Shown one piece after another: positions 54,691 to 64,000 of a DNA stretch of 64,000 bases (position 1 is the stretch's first letter; the number at the start of each line of letters is the position of its first letter). The DNA is from the human T2T-CHM13v2.0 reference genome, Homo sapiens: the NCBI RefSeq assembly GCF_009914755.1, contig NC_060933.1, one strand, 5' to 3'. The translations under genes and the position numbers were made by a program. The notes under the pieces are model-generated. The model ran no database searches. It was not told the DNA's origin and saw only the letters and a program-made list of their open reading frames with translations.

Positions 54691-56307
54691 GGAATGGAAT
54701 GGAATGGAATGGAATGGAATGGAATGCAATGGATTCAACTCGATTGCAATGGAATGGAATAGAATGGAATGCAATGGAATGGAATGGAATTAACCCGAAT
54801 AGAATGGAATGGAATGGAATGGAACGGAACGGAACGGAATGGAATGGAATGGAATGGAATGGAATGGAATTGTATGGAATGGAATGGAATGGTACGGAAT
54901 AGAATGGAATGGAATGGAATGGAATGGAATGGAATGGAATGGAATCAACCCGAGTGCAGGGGAATGTAATGGAACGGAATGCAATGGAATGGAATCATCC
55001 GGAATGGAATGGAATGGAATGGAATGGAATGGAATGGAATGGAATGGAATCAACCCGAGTGCAATGGAATGGAGTGGAATGGAATGGAATGGAATGGAAC
55101 AACCCGAATGGAATGGAATGTAATGGAGAGTAAGGCAGTTGTATAGAATCAATCCGAAAGTAATGGAATGGAAAGGTATGGAATGGAATGGAATGGAATG
55201 GAATGGAATGGAATGGAATGCAATGGAATGGAATCAACCCGAGTACAATGGAATGGAATGGAATGGAATGGAATGGAATATAATGGAATGGAATGGAATG
55301 GAATCAACCCGAGTCAATGGAATGGAGAGGAATGGAATGGAATGGAATGGAAACTACCCGAATGGAATGGAATGTAATGGAGTGTAAGGGAATTGAATAG
55401 AATCAATCCGAATGGAATGGAATGGAATGGAACGGAATGGAATGGAATGGAATGGAATGGAATCAACCCGAGTGCAGGGGAATGGAATGGAATGGAATGC
55501 AATGGAATGGAATCATCCGGAATGGAATGGAATGGAATGCAATGGAATGGAATGGAATGGAATCAAACCGAGTGCAATGGAAAGGAGTGAAATGGAATGG
55601 AATGGAATGGAAACAACCAGAATGGATTGGAATATAATGGAGTGTAAGGGAATTGAATAGAATCAATCAGAATGTAATGAAATGGAATGGAACGGAATGG
55701 AATGGAATGGAATGGAATGGAATGCAACGCAATGGAATGGAATCAGCCCGAGTGAAATCGAATGGAATCAAATGGAATGGAATGCAATGGAATGGATTTA
55801 AGTTGAATGGAATGGAAAGAATGGAATCAACACGAGTGGAATGGCATGGATTGGAATGGAATGGAATGGAATCAACCCGAGTACAGGGGAATGGAATGGA
55901 ATGGAATGCAATGGAATTGAATCATCCGTAATGGAATGGAAAGGAATGGAATGGAATGGAATGGAATCAACTCGATTGTAATCGAATGGAATGGAATGGA
56001 ATGGAATTAACCCGAATAGAATGGAATGGAATGGAATGGAACAGAACGGAACGGAATGGAATGGAATGGAATGGAATGGAATGAAACGGAAAGGAATGGA
56101 ATGGAATGGAATGGAATGGAATGGAATCAAGGCGAGTGCAGGGGAATGGAATGGAATGGAATGCAATGGAATGGAATCTTCCGGAATGGAATGGAATGGA
56201 ATGGAATGGAATGAAATGGATTCAACTAGATTGCAATGGAATGTAATAGAATGGAATGGAATGGAATGGAATGGAATTAACCCTAATAGAGTGGAATGGA
56301 ATGGAAT

Positions 56308-56342
56308 GGAACGGAACGGAACGGAACGGAACGGAACGGAAC
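56308..56342 (+). repeat. (GGAAC)7 variant-pentamer run, with a CpG every 5 bp
   Basis: Seven consecutive GGAAC units. Similar (GGAAC)6 runs at 3196-3225 and its duplicate near 8163-8192. Confidence 0.9.
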
Positions 56343-58669
56343 GGAATGGAATGGAATGGAATGGAATGGAATTGTAAGGAATGGAATGGAATGGTACGGA
56401 ATAGAATGGAATGGAAAGAATTGGAATGGAATGGAATCGAATGGAATGGTAAGGAATGGAATGGAATGGAATGGAATCAACCCGAGTGCAGGGGAATGTA
56501 ATGGAACGGAATGCAATGGAATGGAATCATCCGGAATGGAATGGAATGGAATGGAATGGAATGGAATCAACCCGAGTGCAATGCAATGGAGTGGAATGGA
56601 ATGGAACAACACGAATGGAAGGGAATGTAATGGAGAGTAAGGGAGTTGAATAGAATCAACCCAAATATAATGGAATGGAATGGAACGGAATGGAATGGAA
56701 TGGAATGCAATGGAATGGAATCAACCCTAGTATAATGGAATGGAATGGAATGGAATGGAATGGAATGGCATGGAATGGAATGGAATCAACCCGAGTGCAA
56801 TGGAATGGAGAGGAATGGAATGGAATGGAATGGAAACTACCCGAATGGAATGGAATGTAATGAAGTGTAAGGGAATTGAATAGAATCAATCCGAATGTAA
56901 TGGAATGCAATGGAACGGAATGGAATGGAATGGAATGGAATGGAATGGAATGGAATGGAATGCAATGGAATGGAATCAACCCGAGTGCAATCGAATGGAA
57001 TCGAATGGAATGGAATGCAATGGAATGGATTCAACTTGAAAGGAATGGAAAGAATGGAATCAACACGAGTGGAATGGCATGGATTGGAATGGAATGGAAT
57101 GGAATCAACCCGAGTACAGGAGAATGGAATGGAATGGAATGCAATGGAATGGAATCATTAGTAATGGAATGGAAAGGAATGGAATGGAATGGAATGGAAT
57201 GGAATCAACTCGATTGCAATCAAATGGAATGGAATGGAATTAATCCGAATAGAATGGAATTGAATGGAATGGAACGGAGCGGAATGGAATGGAATGGAAT
57301 GGAATGGAATGGAACGGAACGGAACGGAACGGAACGGAATGGAATGGAATGGAATGGAATGGAATGGAATCAACGCGAGTGCAGGGGAATGGAATGGAAT
57401 GGAATGCAATGGAATGGAATCTTCCGGAATGGAATGGAATGGAATGGAATGGAATGGAATGCAATGGATTCAACTCGATTGCAATGGAATGGTATATAAT
57501 GGAATGGAATGGAATGGAATGGAATGGAATTAACCCTAATAGAATGGAATGGAATGGAATGGAACGGAATAGAACGGAATGGAATGGAATGGAATAGAAT
57601 GGAATGGAATGGAATGGTATGGAATTTAATGGAATGGTACGGAATAGAATGGAATGGAACGAATTGGAATGGAATGGAATCGAATGGAATGGAATGGAAT
57701 GGAATGGAATCAACGCGAGTGCAGGGAAACGTAATAGAACGGAATGCAATGGAATGGAATCATCCAGAATGGAACGGAATGGAATGGAATGGAATGGGAT
57801 CAACCCGAGTGCAATGGAATGGAGTGGAAAGGAATGGAAAGGAATGGAACAACCCGAATGGAATGGAATGTAATGGAGAGTAAGGGAGTTGAATACAATC
57901 AATCCGAATGGAATGGAATGTAATTGAAAGTAAGGGAGTTGAATAGAATCAATCCGAATGTAATGGAATGGAATGGAACGGAATGGAATTGAATGGAATG
58001 GAATGGAATGCAATGGAATGGAATCAACCCGAGTACAATGGAATGAAATGGAATGGAATGGAATGGAATGGAATGGAATGGAATGGAATTGAATGGAATG
58101 GCTTCAAACCGAATGGAATGGAAAGGAATGGAATCAACACGAGTGGAATGGAATGGAATGGAATGGAATGGTATGGAATGGAATGGTACGGAATAGAATG
58201 GAATGGAACGAAATGGAATGGAATGGAATGGAATGGAATGGAATGGAATTGTTACGAGTGGATTAAGAGGGAATGTATTCGAGTGGAATGGAAAGGAGTG
58301 GAATCAACCAGAGAGGAATGGAAGGGAATGGAATGGAATGGAAACTAATAGAATGGAATCAACCCGAGTGGAATGGAATGCAAAGGAATGGAATGGAATG
58401 GAATGGAATCAACTCGATTGTAATGGAGTGGAATGGAATGGAATGGAATGGAATGGAATGGAATGGAATTAACCCGAATACAATGGAATGGAATGGAATG
58501 GAACGGAATGGAGTGGAATGGAATGGAATCAACCCGAGTGCAGGGGAATGGAATGGAATGGAATGCAATGGAATGGAATCATCCGGAATGGAATGGAATG
58601 GAATGGAATGCAATGCAATGGAATCAACTCGATTGCAATGGAATGGAATGGAAAGGAATAGAATGGAAT

Positions 58670-60840
58670 CAACCCGAGTGGAATGGAATGGAAAGGACTG
58701 GAATGGAGTGGAATGGAATGGAATGGAATGGAATCAACTCGATTGGAATGGAATGGAATGGAATGCAATGGAATTAACCCGAATAGAATGGAATGGAATG
58801 GAATGGAACGGAATGGAATAGAATGGAATGGAATGGAATGGAATGGAAAGGAATCAACCCGAGTGCAGGGGAATGGAATGGAATGGAATGCAATGGAATG
58901 GAATCATCCGGAACGGAATGGAATGGAATGGAATGGAATCAACTCGATTGCAATGGAATGGAATGGAATGAAATGGAATGGAATGGAATGGAATGGAATG
59001 GAATGGAATGGAATGGAATGGAATTCACCCGAATAGAATGGAATGGAATGGAATGGAAAGGAATGGAAGGGGAGGGAATGGAATGTAATCAACCCGAGTG
59101 CAGGGGAATTGATTGGAATGGAATGCAATGGAATGGAATCATCCGGAATCGAATGGAATGGAATGGAATGGAATTGAATGGAATGGAATGGAATGGAATG
59201 GAATCAACCCGATGCAATGGAATGGAGTGGAATGGAATGGAATGGAATGGAAACATCCCGAATGGAATGGAATGTAATGGAGTGTAAGGGAATTGAATAG
59301 AATCAATCCGAATGTAATGGAATGGTATGGAATGAAATCGAATGGAATGGAATGGAATGGAATCAACACGAGTGCAATGGAATAGAATCGAATAGAATGG
59401 AATGGAATGGATTCAACAAGAATGGAATGGAAAGGAATGGAATCAACCCGAGTGTAATGGCATGGAATGGAATGGAGTGGAATGGAATGGGATGGAATGG
59501 AATGGTACAGAATAGAATGGAATGGAATGAAATGGAATGGAATGGAATGGAATGGAATGGAATGGAATGAACCCGTGTGCAATGTAATGGAATGGAACGG
59601 AATGGAATGGATTCAACTCCAAAGGAATCAACTCGATTGCAATGGAATGGAATGGAATGGAAAGGAATAGAATGGAATCAACGCGAGTGGAATGGAATGG
59701 AAAGGACTGGAATGGAGTGGAATCTAATGGAATGGAATGGAATCAAATCGATTGGAATGGAATGGAATGGAATGGAATGGAATCAACTCTATTGCAATGG
59801 AATGGAATGGAATGGAATGGAATGGAATGGAATGGAATGGAATGGAATTAACCCGAATAGAATGGAATGGAATGGAGTGGAACGGAATGTAATGGAATGG
59901 AATGGAATCAACCTGAGTCCAGGGGAATGGAATCGAATGGAATGCGATGGAATGGAGTGATCCGGAATGGAATGGAATGGAATGGAATGGAATGGAATCA
60001 ACTCGATTTCAATGGAATGGAATGGAATATAATGGAATGGAATTAACACGAATAGAAAGGAATGGAATGGAATGGAATGGAACGGAAAGAATGGAGTGGA
60101 ATGGAATGGAATCAACCCGAGTGCAGGGGAATGGAATGGAATGGAATGCAATGGAATGGAATCATATGTAATGGAATGGAAAGGAATGGAATGGAATGGA
60201 ATGGAATGGAATCAACTCGATTGTAATCGAATGGAATGGAATGGAATTAACCCGAATAGAATGGAATGGAATGGAATGGAACGGAACGGAATTGAATGGA
60301 ATGGAATGGAATGGAATGGAATGGAACGGAAAGGAATGGAATGGAATGGAATGCAATGGAATGTAATCAACGCGATTGCAATCGAATGGAATGGAATGGA
60401 ATTAACCCGAACAGAATGTAATGGAATGGAATGGAATGGAACGGAACGGAATGGAATGGAATGGAATGGAATGGAAAGGAATGGAACGGAACGGAACGGA
60501 ACGGAATGGAATGGAATGGAATGGAATGGAATCAACGCGAGTGCAGGGGAATGGAATGGAATGGAATGCAATGGAATGGAATCTTCCGGAATGGAATGGA
60601 ATGGAATGGAATAGAATGGAATGGAATGGAATGGAATGGAATGGAATCAACCCGAGTACAAGGGAATGGAATGGAATGTAATGCAATGGAATGGAATCAT
60701 CCGTAATGGAATGGAAAGGAATGGAATGAAATGGAATGGAATGGAATGGAATTAACTCGATTGCAATCGAATGGAATGGAAGGGAATTAACCCAAATAGA
60801 ATGGAATGGAATGGAACGGAACGGAACGGAACGGAATGGA
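58670..60840 (+). repeat. ~2.55-kb-period duplication, copy 1
   Basis: ORF twins 59322/61875 and 59642/62200. Shared private words include GAATTCACCCG, GAAGGGGAGGG, GGAATCTAAT, GAATGCGATG, CATATGTAAT, GGGAATTAACCCAAAT. Confidence 0.88.
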
Positions 60841-60929
60841 ATGGAATGGAATGGAATGGAACAACCCGAATGGAATGGAATGTAATGGAGAGTAAGGGAG
60901 TTGAATAGAATCAATCCGAATGTAATGGA

Positions 60930-61230
60930 AGGGAATGCAACGGAATGGAATGTAATAGAATGGAATGGAATGGACTGGAATGGAATGCAAAGGAATGGAA
61001 TCAACCCGAGTGGAATGGCATGGAATGGAATGCAATGGATTGGAAAGGAATGCAATCAACTCGAGTGGAAAGGAATGGAATAGAATGGAAAGGAATGGAA
61101 TGAAGTCAACTCGAGTGGAATGGAATGGAATGGAATGGATTGGAATGGATTGCAATGGAATGAAATGGAATGGAATGGAATGGAATCAATCATGGAAGGG
61201 AATGTAATGCAGTGGAAAGAAGGGAATGGA
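60930..61230 (+). repeat. Atypical, highly diverged satellite island between the 2.55-kb copies
   Basis: Contains words I did not see elsewhere: CAACTCGAGT twice (CTCGAG at 61060 and 61110), GAAGTCAAC, CAATCATGGAAGGG, GCAGTGGAAAGAAGGG. Confidence 0.7.
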
Positions 61231-63230
61231 ATCAACCCGAGTGGAATGGAATGGAAAGGACTGGAATGGAGTGGAATGGAATGGAATGGAATGGAATCAA
61301 CTCGATTGGAATGGAATGGAATGGAATGGAATGGAATTAACACGAATAGAATGGAATGGAATGGAATGGAATGGAATGGAATGGAATTGTATGGAATGGA
61401 ATGGAATGGAATGGAAAGGAATCAACCCGAGTGCAGGGAAATGGAATGGAATGGAATGCAATGGAATGGAATCATCTGGAACGGAATGGAATGGAATTGA
61501 ATGGAATCAACTCGATTGCAATGGAATGGAATGGAATGAAATGGAATGGAATGGAATGGAATGGAATGGAATGGAATTCACCCGAATAGAATGGAATGGA
61601 ATGGAATGGAAAGGAATGGAAGGGGAGGGAATGGAATGTAATCAACCCGAGTGCAGGGGAATGGAATGGAATGGAATGCAATGGAATGGAATCATCCGGA
61701 ATCGAATGGAATGGAATGGAATGGAATTGAATGGAATGGAATGGAATGGAATGGAATCAACCCGATGCAATGGAATGGAGTGGAATGGAATGGAATGGAA
61801 TTGAAACATCCCGAATGGAATGGAATGGAATGGAGTGTAAGGGAATTGAATAGAATCAATCCGAATGTAATGGAATGGAATGGAATGAAATCGAATGGAA
61901 TGGAATGGAATGGAATCAACCCAAGTGCAATGGAATGGAATCGAATAGAATGGAATGGAATGGATTCAACAAGAATGGAATGGAAAGGAATGGAATCAAC
62001 CCGAGTGTAATGGCATGGAATGGAATGGAATGGAATGGGATGGAATGGAATGGTACGGAATAGAATGGAATGGAATGAAATGGAATGGAATGGAATGGAA
62101 TGGAATGGAATGGAATGGAATGGAATGAACCCGTGTGCAATGTAATGGAATGGAACGGAATGGAATGGATTCAACTCGAAAGGAATCAACTCGATTGCAA
62201 TGGAATGGAATGGAATGAAAAGGAATAGAATGGAATCAACCCGAGTGGAATGGAATGGAAAGGACTGGAATGGAGTGGAATCTAATGGAATGGAATGGAA
62301 TCAAATCGATTGGAATGGAATGGAATGGAATGGAATGGAATCAACTCTATTGCAATGGAATGGAATGGAATGGAATGGAATGGAATGGAATGGAATGGAA
62401 TTAACCCGAATAGAATGGAATGGAATGGAGTGGAACGGAATGTAATGGAATGGAATGGAATCAACCCGAGTGCAGGGGAATGGAATCGAATGGAATGCGA
62501 TGGAATGGAATCATCCCGAATGGAATGGAATGGAATGGAATGGAATGGAATGGAATCAACTCGATTTCAATGGAATGGAATGGAATATAATGGAATGGAA
62601 TTAACACGAATAGAAAGGAATGGAATGGAATGGAATGGAACGGAAAGAATGGAGTGGAATGGAATGGAATCAACCCGAGTGCAGGGGAATGGAATGGAAT
62701 GGAATGCAAATAAATGGAATCATATGTAATGGAATGGAAAGGAATGGAATGGAATGGAATGGAATGGAATCAACTCGATTGTAATCGAATGGAATGGAAT
62801 GGAATTAACCCGAATAGAATGGAATGGAATGGAATGGAACGGAAAGGAATGGAATGGAATGGAATGGAATGGAAAGGAACGGAACGGAACGGAACGGAAC
62901 GGAATGGAATGGAATGGAATGGAATGGAATCAACGCGAGTGCAGGGGAATGGAATGGAATGGAATGCAATGGAATGGAATCTTCCGGAATGGAATGGAAT
63001 GGAATGGAATAGAATGGAATGAAATGGAATGGAATGGAATCAACCAGAGTACAAGGGAATGGAATGGAATGTAATGCAATGGAATGGAATCATCCGTAAT
63101 GGAATGGAAAGGAATGGAATGGAATGGAATGGAATGGAATTAACTCGATTGCAATCGAATGGAATGGAAGGGAATTAACCCAAATAGAATGGAATGGAAT
63201 GGAACGGAACGGAACGGAACGGAATGGAAT
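61230..63230 (+). repeat. ~2.55-kb-period duplication, copy 2 (lacks a 160-bp module)
   Basis: Offset is 2558 at 60213/62771 and drops to 2398 at 60533/62931. Visibly more substitutions than in the 4.97-kb and 9.75-kb pairs. Confidence 0.88.
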
Positions 63231-64000
63231 GGAATGGAATGGAATGGAACGGAATGGAATGGAATGGAATGGAATGGAATCAACCCGAGTGCAGGGGAAT
63301 GGAATGGAATGGATTGCAATGGAATGGAATCTTCTGGAATGGAATGGAATGGAATGGACTGGAATGCAATGGATTCAACTCGATTGCAATGGAATGGAAT
63401 AGAATGGAATGGAATGGAATGGAATGGAATTAACCCGAATAGAATGGAATGGAATGGAATGGAACGGAATGGAATGGAATGGTATGGAATGGAATGGAAT
63501 GGAATGGAATGGTATGGAATGGAATGGAATGGTACGGAATAGATTGGAATGGAACGAATTGGAATGGAATGGAATCGAATGGCATGGAATGGAATGGAAT
63601 GTAATGGAATCAACCGGAGTGCAGGGTAATGTAATGGAACGGAATGCAATGGAATGGAATCATCAGGGATGGAATGGAATGGAATGGAATGGAATGGAAT
63701 GGAATGGAATCAACCCGAGTGCAATGGAATGGAGTGGAATGGAATGGAATGGAATGGAACAACCCGAATGGAATGGAATGTAATGGAGAGTAAGGGAGTT
63801 GAATAGAATCAATCCGAATTTAATGTAATGGAATGGAACGGAATGGAATGGAATGGAATGGAATGGAATGGAATGCAATGGAATGGAATCAACCCGAGTA
63901 CAATGGAATGGAATGGAATGGAATGGAATGGAATGGAATGGAATGGAATGGAATGGAATGGAATCAACCCGAGTGCAATGGAATAGAGAGGAATGGAATG

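Larger units (their letters stand above)
1..64000 (+). repeat. Satellite III (HSat3) array, (GGAAT)n with diverged 5/10-bp variant words; probably the chr9q12-type subfamily (HSat3B5)
   Basis: GGAAT pentamer dominates every line. It is interrupted by the SatIII-typical word CAAC(C/A)CGAGT and relatives. The purine-rich strand is + throughout, and no non-satellite sequence is visible. Family call is secure; the subfamily and chromosome call rests on recall of the pHuR98 sequence. Confidence 0.98.
1..64000 (+). ncRNA. Potential template for stress-induced SatIII lncRNA (G-rich strand)
   Basis: Established: HSF1 drives transcription of mainly the G-rich strand of SatIII arrays (chiefly 9q12) in nuclear stress bodies. 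The + strand here is the G-rich strand and carries perfect HSEs. Transcription of this particular window cannot be seen from sequence. Confidence 0.35.

Noticed and set aside
89-63878. Hundreds of ORFs in the six-frame track (MEWNG and IPFHS repeats, up to 405 aa)
   Set aside because: They are an arithmetic consequence of a stop-free pentamer that contains ATG. They overlap in all frames, are low-complexity, show no domain or gene structure, and are not called as CDS.
1-64000. CRISPR-like or other repeat-spacer array (constant words such as CAACCCGAGT separated by variable stretches)
   Set aside because: The 'spacers' are just GGAAT runs rather than unique sequence. There are no 23-47-bp repeats with regular spacing, no leader and no cas genes.
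1-64000. HSat2, alpha satellite, telomeric repeat or DYZ1 identity
   Set aside because: It lacks the CATTCGATTC-rich HSat2 pattern, 171-bp alphoid monomers with CENP-B boxes, and TTAGGG. No regular ~3.5-kb DYZ1 period is visible.
1-64000. EWS-FLI1 GGAA microsatellite enhancer or G-quadruplex array
   Set aside because: GGAA units are separated by T (5-bp period) rather than forming consecutive (GGAA)n. G-runs of three or more are sparse and isolated, so there are no canonical G4 motifs.
1-64000. Embedded transposon (Alu/L1), poly(A) tail, target-site duplication or inversion breakpoint
   Set aside because: I found no non-satellite stretch, A-tail or strand switch on reading through the window.

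Overview
The whole 64 kb window is one uninterrupted, single-orientation array of primate classical satellite III (HSat3). It reads (GGAAT)n on the + strand and (CATTC)n on the - strand, punctuated by recurrent 5/10-bp variant words (CAACCCGAGT, CAACTCGATT, TAACCCGAAT, CATCC/CTTCC, GCAGG). A recurrent ~150-bp module resembles, from recall, the chromosome-9 SatIII probe pHuR98, which suggests human 9q12-type heterochromatin (HSat3B5); this needs an alignment to confirm. I see no genes, transposons, RNA genes, CRISPR arrays or unique sequence, and all ORFs are translations of the pentamer (MEWNG / IPFHS repeats). The real structure is nested: a 5-bp register, a 175-bp paralog pair, ~0.84-kb sub-repeats, and two-copy duplications of ~4.97, ~9.75 and ~2.55 kb, followed by a shuffled mosaic that grows more diverged to the right. 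The most interesting signal is about 38 perfect three-unit heat-shock elements (gGAAt-cTTCc-gGAAt), created by one variant pentamer and locally spaced ~0.84 kb apart, inside a background of TEAD-type GGAATG sites. I find no evidence for a novel protein-coding system. All counts and coordinates were read by eye and are approximate.
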